Positions 25,331 through 39,677 of a stretch of DNA of 64,000 bases are shown here, in pieces. Where the stretch lies: positions 5,146 through 69,145 of the forward strand of contig NW_021835969.1 in the NCBI RefSeq assembly GCF_006345805.1, written 5' to 3'. The notes beneath the pieces are model-generated. The model saw nothing but the letters and a program-made list of their open reading frames with translations. It ran no database searches and was not told where the DNA came from. This DNA is from Octopus sinensis. Lineage: Eukaryota. How positions within the stretch are numbered: the first letter of the stretch is position 1; the number at the start of each line of letters is the position of its first letter. Position numbers and translations under genes: made by a program.

Positions 25331-25389
25331 CTTCTTCTTCTTCTTCTTCTTCTTCTTCTTCTTCTTCTTCTCTTCTTCTTCTTCTTCTT

Positions 25390-25420
<31 letters not shown>

Positions 25421-25539
25421 TTATTATATTATTATTATTATTATTAATTATTATTATATTATTATTATTATTATTATTTTTATTATATCTTGAAACCAGT
25501 TACACCTATACGCGTGATGTTGTCTATTGTTTTACTTAC

Positions 25540-25656
25540 CAATGTATGTTGTTCCGCTGAACTCGAACCCTGGATTACAGTTAGATGTGTAGGATCCTGG
25601 TGTGTTGGTGCATGTCCCCTGTGCCCCGCATGGGTCTGCTGTGCACTCGTCTATGC
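25540..25656 (-). CDS. cbEGF exon A6, degenerate: [39 protein letters not shown]
   Basis: 117 nt, splice sites intact, frame open; Cys4->Ser, Cys6->Tyr, first Asp->Gly. Confidence 0.75.
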
Positions 25657-26022
25657 CTGGAAAGTAAAACAATTTTATTGCATGGATATAATACTTGTTT
25701 CATCATCATGAATCATCATTATCAATCATCAATCATCATCATCATCGTCATCAATCATCTTCATCAATCATCATCATCAATCATCATCAATCATCAATCA
25801 TCATCATCAGTCATCAATCATCATCATCATCAATCATCAATCTTCAGTAATTATCATCTTCATCATCATCATCACCATCATGAACATCATCGACTTCATC
25901 ATCATTATCTTTATTATTTTATTATTATCATCATTATTATTATATTAATATTATTTTTATTATTATTATCATTATTATTATTATCTATTATTATTATCAT
26001 CATTATCATTATGATTATTATC

Positions 26023-26087
<65 letters not shown>

Positions 26088-26154
26088 TATTATTATTATT
26101 ATAACTCGAAACCAGTTACACCTACACACGTGATGTCTATTCTGCTTTACTTAC

Positions 26155-26271
26155 CAACGCAAAATATTCCGTTCAACTCGATCTCTGGACTGCAGGCACA
26201 TATGTACGATCCTGGTGTGTTGGTGCATACCTCATTGTCCAAGCATGGGAAAACTGTGCACTCGTCAATGT
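26155..26271 (-). CDS. cbEGF exon B4: [39 protein letters not shown]
   Basis: 117 nt, AG/GTAAGT, phase 1-1, six Cys. Confidence 0.88.
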
Positions 26272-26370
26272 CTGGAAAGTAAAACAATTTTATTACGTGA
26301 ATATAATACTTGTTTCATCATCAATCATCCTCATCAAACTTCTCATCAATCATCTTCATCAATCATCACC

Positions 26371-26408
<38 letters not shown>

Positions 26409-26441
26409 ATCATAAATCATCATTAATCATCATCATCATTA

Positions 26442-26475
<34 letters not shown>

Positions 26476-26556
26476 CCATCATCACCATCATCATCCCCAT
26501 CATCATCAACATTATCGACATCATCATCATCATCATTATTATTATTATTATTAATA

Positions 26557-26593
<37 letters not shown>

Positions 26594-26636
26594 TATTATC
26601 ATTATCATTATTATTATTATTTTTATTATTATTACT

Positions 26637-26667
<31 letters not shown>

Positions 26668-27537
26668 TATTATTATTATATTATTATTTTTGTTATTATT
26701 ACTATTATTATTATTATTATTACTATTATTTTTATTATTATATTATTACTATTATTATTACTATTATTATTATTATATTATTATTATCATTATTATATTA
26801 TTATTATATTATATATTACTATTATTATTATTATTATTATTATTATCATTATGATTATTATTATTATTATTATTATCATTATGATTATTATTATTATTTT
26901 TATTATTATTATTATTATCACTATTATTATTATTATTATTATTATTACTATTATTATTACTATTATTATTATTATCATTATCATATTATTAATATTATTA
27001 TTATTGAGTGAGAGAGCAGTGCATGCCATCAAAGTGACACTGGGGTAAATTATACGAAGCCCAATATACCCATCATGACTACCCGTCTGATAAAGGTACA
27101 CCAGGCACATGCATCACAACCATATGTGCGCGACATGGTGATCTCATATCAAGATAAACAGCACATGACCTTGCAGGTGGGGCCCAGTTAGAATTTTCTT
27201 CAAGTTGAGTAGCCCATCCCGCTCAAACGGTCCCTGAATAAGGGTTGTTTAAGGATGTTGAAAGAACCACCCATGTTTCCAGAGGTGAACTATTCAAACC
27301 CCAAAGAATCCCTCTCAACACATGGCTATGATGCTCCCCCACTACTTCTGCTCGTGACCAGAGATGCACATATTGTCAGCCACTAAGGGACATGCTCAAC
27401 TGGTTAAGGTCAAACAACTGACAAGCAAATCTGTGGTATTGAGCAGAATATTTGCTGTAGCCCATCTTTTATACCAAGACAAAACAATGTACATGATAAC
27501 ACTTCCAATCAGTTAAGATCAGAAGCCATGAGAGCCA

Positions 27538-27672
27538 CTGCCTGGTACTGCATCAGGGCATAGCCACTGCCTGGTACTGCATCAGGGCATTTATGGTACT
27601 GCATCAGGGCATTGGTACTGCATCAGGGCATTGGTACTGCATCAGGGCATTTATGGTACTGCATCAGGGCAT
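27538..27672. repeat. Short tandem repeat of GGTACTGCATCAGGGCAT (19-22 bp units)
   Basis: About 6 imperfect copies. Confidence 0.9.
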
Positions 27673-27692
27673 ATTATTATTATTATTATTAT

Positions 27693-28921
27693 TCTATGTT
27701 TGACTTTTGCTTTATATTTGTACAAGTTGGCTCCAAGTCTCACCCAGAGACCTCAAGAGACAACAGGGTTGGAAGTTCATGTTGTTGTTATGCCTAGTGT
27801 GCCATATATTTGGGGGATGGGGATGTTGTACTAATGAATGTCTAAAAAAAAAAGGTTTTTTTTTTTTTTTTTTAAACCGAAAATTATGTTTGTTTTAAAC
27901 CTTGAGATTACATAGAGAGTATTTTGCGTAGGATATGAGCAGTTCCCATGAGCACTATCTTTTGAACTTCTGCCATTTTTGGGTTTCCTGGTATCTGAGT
28001 TAGGTAGCTATCAGCCCCTTTTGCTATCATTCCCAGGGCACCTATGACAACAGGTATTGTTTTAGTCTTCAGCTTCCACATTTTGCTGATTTCTATTTCA
28101 AGATCTTTATATTTGCTCAGTTTTTGGTAGGTCTTGACAGATACGTTATATCGATTGGGACAGTCATATCAATGAGGAGGCATGTTCTTTGTTTAAAGTT
28201 TTTCAATATGATGTCTGGCCTATTGCATCTATCTTCCTGTCAGTTTGAATGGTGAAGTTCCAGAGGAGTGAGATGTGGTCATTTTCAAGCACTGGGGGTG
28301 GTTTGTGTTCCCACCAGATTTTTTCATGGGGCAAATCCAGGTTTTTACAGATTACCCAGTGAATATATTGTGCAGCTCTATCGTGCCTGTTGAGATACTC
28401 TGTAGGCGCTAGAAGACTGCACTTGGAGACCACATGGTCAATGGTTTCATTTTGTTGCTTGCATACACGACACGTTGGACTGCTTCTGATCTTTAATATG
28501 TTGGCCTGGTAGTTTCTTGTTGGTAGGCATTGATCTTGAGCTGCTATGATAAACCCCTCTGTTTCAGATTTTAAGCCAGAGGCCATTAGCCATTGATGGG
28601 TCAGGGCTTTGTCGATATCTGCATTATTCGCTCTCTTTGGGTATTTGCCATAGAGAGGTTTTTCTTGCCATTTATTATTCAGAATATCTAAGGCCGCAGT
28701 TTTGGCACGGGTTTTCATGCGCCTAGCTTTTTCTGTGCTTGTTTCTTGTATATCTATCTCTAATTCCGAAATTGGTTGTATTCGGAATTCACTTAGATAT
28801 TCCTTTGCCTGTTTTGTGACTGAGTATGATGCTTTCTTGTTTTCATGTTTTGAGACAAGTTTTAGCATCCAGTCCTCAGAGTTTTTCAGGTAGGTGTCTA
28901 GGCCAATTGTAGCAATCTTCA
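27693..28921 (-). mobile_element. R4/Dong family 4, 5'-truncated
   Basis: ORF 28203-28922 (QEKPLYGKY, ETEGFIIAAQDQ, CRVC..ETIDHVVSKC); distinct 3' UTR; TAA flanks. Confidence 0.85.
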
Positions 28922-29015
28922 TTGTTATTATTATTATTATTATTATATTATTATTATATTACTATTATTATTATTATTATTATTACTATTATTATTATTA
29001 CTATCATTATTATTA

Positions 29016-29093
<78 letters not shown>

Positions 29094-29102
29094 TTATTAT
29101 TA

Positions 29103-29133
<31 letters not shown>

Positions 29134-29138
29134 TATTA

Positions 29139-31278
29139 TTCAGTAGTTTATTTTTATAGCGTGCTCTCACTTCACTACCGAGCGCAGCTCTGTGTGCCTT
29201 GGGTATGTGCTGTGATTTGTTGTGATGCTCTGATGGTTATTGTATGGAAAGTGTTCTGCGTAGGATGTGTGCAGTGCCTAGTAGTGCAATTTTCTGTATG
29301 TTATATGTGTTTGTAAGTTCTGGTTTTTTTGTTATGTATTTGTCTGAATATTTTTTTATCATGCCTAATGCACCTACTATGATAGGAATTGTTTCTGTTT
29401 TCAGGTTCCACATTCCAGTTACCTCTATTTCCAAGTCTTTGTATTTTGAGAGTTTCTCCATTTCTTTTAGAGACACGTTGTCATCTGCCGGTATTGATAC
29501 ATCAATTAGAAAGCATTTTTTTTCTTCATGATCTCTGACAACTATATCTGGTCTGTTGGCCTTAATTTCTCTATCTGTGTGTATCGGCATATCCCAGAGT
29601 ATGGTTGCTTTCTCGTTTTCTGTGACCTTTTCTGGTGTGTGCCTATACCATCTTTTTTCTGTTGTTATTCCATAATGTTGGCATAGCTTCCAATGTATGT
29701 AGGTTCCAACTCTGTCATGTCAGTGAATATATTCCTTCCTAGCCAGGACTGGGCAGCTAGAGATAATATGATTTATTGTTTCTTGTCCATCTCCACATAT
29801 TCTGCAGTTACTTGTAATATTTCTTTTCATTACATGTTTTTGGTAATTTCTGGTGGGGAGGCTTTGGTCTTGTGCTGCAACTAAAAATCCCTCTGTTTCT
29901 GCTTTGAGTCCTGAGCTTCTCAACCATTGCTGGGATTTTTCTTTGTCTATTTCTTTTGCGTTTAGTTTAGTGCAGTATTTACCATGAAGGGGCTTTTCTT
30001 GCCATCGTTTTATCATGGCTCGTTGCTGATCTATTTTTAGTTTGGATTTCATTTGTTTTATAGCTTTTGTCGTTTCTTCATCATCTTCTTCTTCTTTGTG
30101 TTTATTAGGTGGTATGATTTCTTGTTTGTATTTGTCAGCTTCCTTAAATACAGAGAATAGTTTTTTGTTTTGCTCGTGTTTTGCTGCTATCTGGATCAGT
30201 TTTCCTTCCTTCTGAAGTAGGTATTTTTGCAGTCCTATGGTAGTTATTTTATAGTAGTTGTCCAGCTGTGTAAGGCCTCTACCACCTTCTATACGTTGTA
30301 TATATAGTCTTTCTATGTCAGATTTTGGGTGATGCATCCTAGATCCTGTCAGTATTTTTCTTGTTTTCCTATCTATTTTGGACAGTTCATTTCGTGTCCA
30401 GTTAAGGATATTGTAGCTGTAACTTATAACTGGGACAGCTAAAGTGTTGATACCTATTATCTTGTTTTTAGCATTGAGCTCTGTTTTTAGTATTGATCTA
30501 ACTCGTCTATAATATTCTTTTTTTATTTTCTCTTTCATTTGTGTGTGTTGTGTCTTATCTAGTTCATGGATTTCTAAGTATTTGTAAGTTTGGCTTTGGT
30601 CTAATTCTTTTATTTCATTGGTTTTATCTAGTGTGATGTTGCTACTCTTAACTAGTTTTCTCTTTTCATGGTTACTTTGGCGCATTTTTCTAATCCAAAT
30701 TTCATATCTATTTCTTGGTAAATCCATGAACTGACTTTAATAGTGTTTCCAGCTGTTGTCATTTGCAGCGTATAGTTTTAGGTCATCCATATATAAAAGG
30801 TGGCTGATCGTTTTGCCGTAACATTTATATCCGCATCTAGTTCTATTTAGCATATCAGATAGAGGTGACAGTGCCAAGCAGAAAAGGAGTGGAGAGAGCG
30901 TGTCTCCCTGGAATATTCCTCTTCTAATGGGGATGTCTTTGGTTTTCATGAGTCCCTCTTTTGTTTGCAGCTGTAGCCCTGTTTGCCATTTATTCATAGA
31001 GTGCTCTATGAATTTTATGATTGTTGGTGCTACTTTGTTAATGGCTAGTGTTTCGAGGATCCATGTGTGGGGGATGCTATCAAACGCCTTTTTGTAGTCA
31101 ATCCAGGCCATACTGAGGCCTTTCTTCTTTCTGTGGCTGTCTTCAGTTACGGCTTTATTAATCATTAGTTGATCTTTACAGCCATATGAGCCCTTGCGGC
31201 ATCCTTTCTGCTCTTCTGGGAACAGTTTGTTTTCGTCCAGGTGCTTGTTCAACCTTTGCGATATCACTGCAGTAAATA
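29139..31278 (-). mobile_element. R4/Dong family 3, 5'-truncated (copy b)
   Basis: ORFs 30737-31267, 29720-30727, 29237-29590 with RT, CCHC and RLE motifs; TAA flanks. Confidence 0.9.
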
Positions 31279-31298
31279 TTATTATTATTTTTATATTA

Positions 31299-31344
<46 letters not shown>

Positions 31345-31442
31345 TATTATTATTATTAATGTTATTACTATAATTATTTTTTTTATTATAACTTGAAACC
31401 AGTTACACCTATACGCGTGATGTTGACTATTGTTTTACTTAC

Positions 31443-31559
31443 CAATGCATGTTGTTCCGCTGAACTCGAACCCTGGATTACAGACACATGTGTAGGATCC
31501 TGGTGTGTTGGTGCATCTCCCCTGTGCCCCGCATGGGTCTGCTGTGCACTCGTCTATGT
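31443..31559 (-). CDS. cbEGF exon A7: [39 protein letters not shown]
   Basis: 117 nt, AG/GTAAGT, phase 1-1. Confidence 0.9.
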
Positions 31560-31770
31560 CTGAAAAGTAAAAACAATTTTATTGCGTGGATATAATACTT
31601 ATGTTTCATCATCGTCAATCATCATCATCAATCATCTTCACCAATCATCACCATCATCATCAATCATCACCAATCATAATCATCATCATCATCATCCCCA
31701 TCATCATTAACATCATCATCATCATCATCGTCATCCCATCCCCATCATCATAACATCATCGACATCATCA

Positions 31771-31812
<42 letters not shown>

Positions 31813-31827
31813 TATTATTATTATTAT

Positions 31828-34131
31828 TCAGTAGTTTTGTTTTTATAGCGTGCTTCACTTCACTACCGAGCACAGCTCTGTGTGCCTTGGGTATGTGCTG
31901 TGATTTGTTGTGATGCTCTGATCGTTATTGTATGGAAAGTGTTCTGCGAGGAATGTGTGCAGTGCCTAGTAGTGCAATTTTCTATATGTTATATGTGTTT
32001 GTAAGTCCTGGTGTTTTTGTTATGTATTTGTCTGAATATTTTTTTATCATGCCTAATGCACCTACTATGATAGGAATTGTTTCTGTTTTTAGATTCCACA
32101 TTCTGGTTACCTCTATTTCCAGATCTTTGTATTTGGAAAGTTTCTCCATTTCTTTTAGAGACACGTTATTATCTTCCGGTATTGATACATCAATTAGAAG
32201 GCATTTTCTTTCTTCATGATCTCTGACAACTATATCTGGTCTGTTGGCCTTAATTTCTCTATCTGTGTGTATCGGCATATCCCAGAGTATGATTGCTTTT
32301 TCGTTTTCTGTGACCTTTTCAGGGTTGTGCCTATACCATCTTTTTCTGTTGTTATTCCATAATGTTGGCATAGCTTCCAGTGTATGTAGGTTCCAACTCT
32401 GTCATTTCTGTGAATATATTCCTTCTTAGCCAGGACTGGGCAGCCAGAGATAATATGATTTATTGTTTCTTGTCCATCACGACATATTCCGCAGTTACTT
32501 GTTATATTTCTTTTCATTACATGTTTTTGGTAATTTCTGGTGGGGAGGCTTTGGTCTTGTGTGGCAACTAAAAATCCCTCTGTCTCTGCTTTGAGTCCTG
32601 AGCTCAACCATTGCTGGGATTTTTCTTTGTCTATTTCTTTTGCGTTTAGTTTAGTGCAGTATTTACCATGAAGGGGCTTTTCTTGCCATCGTTTTATCAT
32701 GTTTTGTTGCTGTTCTATTTTTAGTTTGGATTTCATTTGTTTTAATCGCTTTTGTTTTTTTCCTCATCTTCTTCTTCTTCTTCTCTCTTCTCTTCTTCTC
32801 TTCTCTTCTTTCTTTTCTTTTCTTCTCTGCTTCTTCTTCTCTGTTCTTCTTCTCTCTTCTCTTCTTTTCTTCTTCTTCTTCTCTCTTCTTCTCTCTCTTC
32901 TTCTTCTTCTTCTTCTTCTTCTTCTTCTTCTTCTTCTTCTTCATATTTATTAGATGGTATGATTTCTTGTTTGTATTTGTCAGCTTCCTTAAATACTGAG
33001 AACAGTTTTTTTGTTTTGCTCGTGTTTTGTGGCTATTTGTATTAGTTTTCCTTCCTTCTGAAGTAGATATTTTTGCAGTCCTATGGTGGTTATTTTATAG
33101 TATTGTCCAGCTGTTATAGGTCTCTACCACCTTCTATACGTTGTATATATAGTTTTTCTATGTCAGATTTTGGGTGATGCATCCTAGATCCTGTCATTAT
33201 TTTTCTTGTTTTCGTATCTATTTTCGTCAGTTCATTTAGTTTCCAGTTAAAGATATTGTAGCTGTAACTTATAACTGGGACGGCTAAAGTGTTAATACAT
33301 ATTATCTTGTTTTTAGCATTGAGCTCTGTTTTTAGTATTGATCTAATTCGTCTATAATATTCTTTTTTTATTTTCTCTTTCATTTGTGTGTGTTGTGTCT
33401 TATCTAGTTCATGGATTTCTAAGTATTTGTCAGTTTGGCTTTGGTCTAATTCTTTTATTTCATTGGTTTTATCTAGTGTGATGTTGCTACTCTTAACTAG
33501 TTTTCCTCTTTTCATGGTTACTTTGGCGCATTTTTCTAATCCAAATTTCATATCTATTTCTTTGGTAAATCCATGAACTGTCTTTAATAGTGTTTCCAGC
33601 TGTTTGTCATTTGCAGCGTATAGTTTTAGGTCATCCATATATAAAAGGTGGCTGATCGTTTTGCCGTAACATTTATATCCGCATCCAGTTCTATTTAGCA
33701 TATCAGATAGAGGTGACAGTGCCAAGCAGAAAAGGAGTGGAGAGAGCGTGTCTCCCTGGAATATTCCTCTTCTAATGGGGATGTCTTTGGTTTTCATGGG
33801 TCCCTCTTTTATTTGGAGCTGTAGCACTGTTTGCCATTTATTCATAGAGTGCTCTATGAATTTTATGATTGTTGGTGCTACTTTGTTTATGGCTAGTGTT
33901 TCGAGGATCCATGTGTGGGGGATGCTATCAAACGCCTTTTTGTAGTCAATCCAGGCCATACTGAGGCCTTTCTTCTTTCTGTGGCTGTCTTCAGTTACGG
34001 CTTTATTAATCATTAGTTGATCTTCACAGCCATATGAGCCCTTGCGGCATCCTTTCTGCTCTTCTGGGAACAGTTTGTTTTCGTCCAGGTGCTTGTTCAG
34101 CCTTTGCGATATCACTGCAGTAAATGCCTTG

Positions 34132-34134
<3 letters not shown>
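31828..34134 (-). mobile_element. R4/Dong family 3, 5'-truncated (copy c) with a CTT expansion
   Basis: ORFs 33114-34136, 32230-32736, 31982-32371. Confidence 0.9.
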
Positions 34135-34165
<31 letters not shown>

Positions 34166-34177
34166 TAATTATTATTA

Positions 34178-34249
<72 letters not shown>

Positions 34250-34330
34250 TATTACTATAATTATTTTTTTTAATTATAACTTAAAACCAGTTACACCTAT
34301 ACGCGTGATGTTGACTATTGTTTTACTTAC

Positions 34331-34447
34331 CAATGCATGTTGTTCCGCTGAACTCGAACCCTGGATTACAGACACATGTGTAGGATCCTGGTGTGTTGGT
34401 GCATCTCCCCTGTGCCCCGCATGGGTCTGCTGTGCACTCGTCTATGT
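34331..34447 (-). CDS. cbEGF exon A8 (same peptide as A7)
   Basis: 117 nt, AG/GTAAGT, phase 1-1. Confidence 0.9.
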
Positions 34448-34677
34448 CTGAAAAGTAAAACAGTTTTATTGCGTGGATATAATACTTATGTTTCATCATC
34501 GTCAATCATCATCATCAATCATCTTCACCAATCATCACCGTCAATCATCAATCATCACCATCAATCATCAATCATCACCAATCATAATCATCATCATCAT
34601 CATCCCCATCATCATTAACATCATCATCATCATCATCATCGTCATCCCCATCCTCATCAACATCATCGACATCATCA

Positions 34678-34726
<49 letters not shown>

Positions 34727-34730
<4 letters not shown>

Positions 34731-37700
34731 TAGTTTTATTTTTATAGCGTGCTTTCACTTCACTACCGAGCACAGCTCTGTGTGCCTTGGGTATGTGCTT
34801 TGATTTGTTGTGATGCTCTGATCGTTATTGTATGGAAAGTGTTCTGCGAGGAATGTGTGCAGTGCCTAGTAGTGCAATTTTCTATATGTTATGTGTTTGT
34901 AAGTCCTGGTGTTTTTGTTATGTATTTGTCTGAATATTTTTTTATCATGCCTAATGCACCTACTATGATAGGAATTGTTTCTGTTTTTAGATTCCACATT
35001 CTGGTTACCTCTATTTCCAGATCTTTGTATTTTGAAAGTTTCTCCATTTCTTTTAGAGACACGTTATTATCTTCCGGTATTGATACATCAATTAGAAGGC
35101 ATTTTTTTTCTTCATGATCTCTGACAACTATATCTGGTCTGTTGGCCTTAATTTCTCTATCTGTGTGTATCGGCATATCCCAGAGTATGATTGCTTTTTC
35201 GTTTTCTGTGACCTTTTCAGGGTTGTGCCTATACCATCTTTTTTCTGTTGTTATTCCATAATGTTGGCATAGCTTCCAGTGTATGTAGGTTCCAACTCTG
35301 TCATTTCTGTGAATATATTCCTTCTTAGCCAGGACTGGGCAGCCAGAGATAATATGATTTATTGTTTCTTGTCCATCACGACATATTCCGCAGTTACTTG
35401 TTATATTTCTTTTCATTACATGTTTTTGTAATTTCTGGTGGGGAGGCTTTGGTCTTGTGTGGCAACTAAAAATCCCTCTGTCTCTGCTTTGAGTCCTGAG
35501 CTTCTTAACCATTGCTGGGATTTTTCTTTGTCTATTTCTTTTGCGTTTAGTTTAGTGCAGTATTTACCATGAAGGGGCTTTTCTTGCCATCGTTTTATCA
35601 TGTTTTGTTGCTGTTCTATTTTTAGTTTGGATTTCATTTGTTTTATAGCTTTTGTTGTTTCCTCATCTTCTTCTTCTTCTTCTTCTTCTTCTTCTTCTTC
35701 TTCTTCTTCTTCTTCTTCTTCTTCTTCTTCTTCTTCTTCTTCTTCTTCTTCTTCTTCTTCTTCTTCTTCTTCTTCATATTTATTAGATGGTATGATTTCT
35801 TGTTTGTATTTGTCAGCTTCCTTAAATACTGAGAACAGTTTTTTGTTTTGCTCGTGTTTTGTGGCTATTTGTATTAGTTTTCCTTCCTTCTGAAGTAGAT
35901 ATTTTTGCAATCCTATGGTGGTTATTTTATAGTAGTTGTCCAGCTGTATAAGGTCTCTACCACCTTCTATACGTTGTATATATAGTTTTTCTATGTCAGA
36001 TTTTGGGTGATGCATCTTAGATCCTGTCATTATTTTTCTTGTTTTCCTATCTCTTTTGGTCAGTTCATTTAGTGTCCAGTTAAAGATATTGTAGCTGTAA
36101 CTTATAACTGGGACGGCTAAAGTGTTAATACATATTATCTTGTTTTTAGCATTGAGCTCTGTTTTTAGTATTGATCTAATTCGTCTATAATATTCTTTTT
36201 TTATTTTCTCTTTCATTTGTGTGTGTTGTGTCTTATCTAGTTCATGGATTTCTAAGTATTTGTAAGTTTGGCTTTGGTCTAATTCTTTTATTTCATTGAT
36301 TTCATCTAGTGTGATGTTGCTACTCTTAACTAGTTTTCCTCTTTTCATGGTTACTTTGGCGCATTTTTCTAATCCAAATTTCATATCTATTTCTTTGGTA
36401 AATCCATGAACTGTCTTTAATAGTGTTTCCATCTGTTTGTCATTTGCAGCGTATAGTTTTAGGTCATCCATATATAAAAGGTGGCTGATCGTTTTGCCGT
36501 AACATTTATATCCGCATCCAGTTCTATTTAGCATATCAGATAGAGGTGACAGTGCCAAGCAGAAAAGGAGTGGAGAGAGCGTGTCTCCCTGGAATATTCC
36601 TCTTCTAATGGGGATGTCTTTGGTTTTCATGAATCCCTCTTTTGTTTGGAGCTGTAGCACTGTTTGCCATTTATTCATAGAGTGCTCTATGAATTTTATA
36701 ATTGTTGGTGCTACTTTGTTAATGGCCAGTGTTTCGAGGATCCATGGATGGAGGGTGCTATCAAACGCCTTTTTGTAGTCAATCCAGGCCATACTGAGGC
36801 CTTTCTTCTTTCTGTGGCTGTCTTCAGTTATGGCTTTATTAATCATTAGTTGATCTTTACAGCCATATGAGCCTTTGCGGCATCCTTTCTGCTGTTCTGG
36901 GAACAGTTTGTTTTCGTCCAGGTGCTTGTTCAACCTTTGCGATATCACTGCAGTAAATGCCTTGTACAATGTAGGGAGACAGGTTATTGGTCTGTAGTTT
37001 TCTGGTTTTGCTGTCTCATTTGATTTGAGAATTAAGATGGTTTTCCCCTTCGTGAGCCAATCAGGCATTATTTCTGTCTCTGCTAGTATGTTGTTAAAGT
37101 TTTCAGCCAGCTTTTTGTGCATTCCTGTTAGATATTTTAACCAGAAGTTGGGTGTCTTGTCATGCCAAGGTGCCTTCCAGTTGCTTAGTCTTTGCAGTGC
37201 CTGGGTGACCTCTTCAGTTGTTATGGGGGTCCAAAGTTGCTCAGATGCTGAGTTTGTTGTTTTAATACTCCTTTTTTTTTTGTTGTTCGTTCGCCGACCA
37301 TATTTCTCTCCAGAATTCTTCCACTTCTTCTGACGTTGGTGCTGCAGTGATTTCTATTTTATTTTTGCCAAGTTCTTGGTAGAACTCTTTGGGGTTGGAG
37401 TTGAATTTTTTGTTTTGTTCAAAGACGCGCTGGCATTTCTCGTACCGGCGGATCCTTTGTGCTTTGGCAAGGATATCTTGCTTCAGCTTATCTTTTATCT
37501 CAGGTAAATCTTTTTCTGTGATGTTATATTTGCGGAGTATTTTTGTTTTCTTTTTGTTGCTCAGTAACGTTGATTGTCTACTGATTTCATTAAGAATTGA
37601 CAGATCTTTTCTCATTTTTTGTATTTTGTTTTGGATGCTATTTATCCACAGGGTTTGTTTGGGTGGTGGTACTCTTGTTTGGATGGGTTTGAGTGAGTAT

Positions 37701-38570
37701 CCAGCTTCTTTTGTGGTTGCAGTGGCTGCTGCGTATACTAAGTCAATTAGCTCAGTGATATCGCTTTTTGTTTCAGTGGCTATTAGTTCCGTGACGGCTA
37801 GGTTTATGCTGTTTATAATTGGTGTTGTTGTTTCGTCTATTTTGATTTTTGGGAGGTATGGTCGGTGGTCCATTTTGAGCTCTGTGGTTTTCAGTTCTTT
37901 GATTATTTTACTTTTTATATTATCATAATCATTAGGCTCCCCTTCGTTGTTTCTGGTTTTAGATTTGTGTCGCTTTCTTTCTTATTTATATGATTTTTTG
38001 CCGTGTTTTGGCTTGCTGTTTGTCGTGTATTATTATGCATCCTTACGGTCTGGGTGTTGTTTTTTGTTTACATCGTTGTTTTTTGGGAATGTTACGTTTG
38101 TCTTCGTGTTTTACTGTTTCAGTGTTTATATTATTGGGCATTGTTGTGTGGCTTCTATCTACATTTTCCTGGTGTATTTTTTCTTTTAGATGTTCTATTT
38201 CCATTTCTGATACTTTTTTGCGTTGAGAATGTATCTTCGTACGTTAGCTAATTTATTAGGGTTCATTGCTGTATCCAAGTTTATATTTATGTTATTTTCC
38301 TTCCATATTTTATATGTATGCGTTGTTGTGTTTTCATTTTTTGTGTAGAGCTGTGAAGTATGCATGTAGGATAGAAATGTATTCCTCACGTGTCCATTTA
38401 TGTCTTTTGGGTTTTATTTGCGGGACATGAGGAACAACTCCGGCCCATTATTTTGACGGTCGTCATTTTCGTAGGGTACCGGTCCGTTCATTTCTGTTGT
38501 CACATTGTTTTGCACGTGTAGGTTTTCGTACATTTTGAGTTGTAAGTTTAAAGTACGTACCTCCCGATTG
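34727..38570 (-). mobile_element. R4/Dong family 3, near full length (copy d), frameshifted
   Basis: ORFs 37262-37873, 35416-37122 (568 aa, full RT with poly-E insert), 34889-35512 (CCHC + RLE). Confidence 0.9.
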
Positions 38571-38576
38571 TTATTC

Positions 38577-38689
<113 letters not shown>

Positions 38690-38696
38690 TATTATT

Positions 38697-38731
<35 letters not shown>

Positions 38732-38814
38732 TATTAATATTATTATTATTATTATTATTTTTGTTATTATTATTATGGTTATTATTTTTATTATTTTTAT
38801 TATTATTATTATTA

Positions 38815-38861
<47 letters not shown>

Positions 38862-38939
38862 TATTACTATAATTTTTTTTTTTTATAACTTGAAACCAGT
38901 TACACCTATATGCGTGATGTTGACTATTGTTTTACTTAC

Positions 38940-39056
38940 CAATGCATGTTGTTCCGCTGAACTCGAACCCTGGATTACAGTTACATGTGTAGGATCCTAT
39001 GTTGTTGGTGCATGTCCCCTGTGCCCCGCATGGGTCTGCTGTGCACTCGTCTATGT
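38940..39056 (-). CDS. cbEGF exon A9: [39 protein letters not shown]
   Basis: 117 nt, AG/GTAAGT, phase 1-1. Confidence 0.9.
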
Positions 39057-39149
39057 CTGAAAAGTAAAACAATTTTATTGCGTGAATATAACACTTATGT
39101 TTTATCATCATCATCATCATTATTATTATCATCATCATAGTGTTATTGT

Positions 39150-39677
39150 TATCACGTGCTTTTTCTGTACTACCAAGTACAGCTCTGTGTGCCTTGGGTA
39201 TGTGCTCTGGTTTGCTGTGACGCTCTTACTTTTACTGTATTGAAAGTGTTTTGCGTAGGATGTGTGCGGTGCCTACGACTGCTATTTTCTGTATGTCATA
39301 TATATTATTTAGTCCTGGCATTTTTGCTATGTATTTGTCTGAATATTTTTTATCATACCTAATTCGCCTACTATCAGAGGAATGGTTCTGCTTTTAGACT
39401 CCACTTTCGAGATACCTCTGTTTCCAGGTCTTTGTATTTTGAAAGTTTCTCCATTTCTTTTAGAGAACATTGTCATCTGTTGTATTGATACATCAATCAG
39501 AATGCATTTTTTCCTTCATGATCTTTGACAACTATATCTGGCCTAATTGGCTTTAATTTCTCTATCTGTGTATTGTTGCCTTCTCATTTTTGTGACCTTT
39601 TCTGGCGTGTACTTATACCATCTTTTTTCTGGTGTTATTCTATAGTGTGTGCATAGCTTCCATTGTATGTAGGTCCA
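39150..39677 (-). mobile_element. Older, diverged R4/Dong family 3 3' fragment
   Basis: Degenerate match to the family 3 3' UTR and RLE region. Confidence 0.75.
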
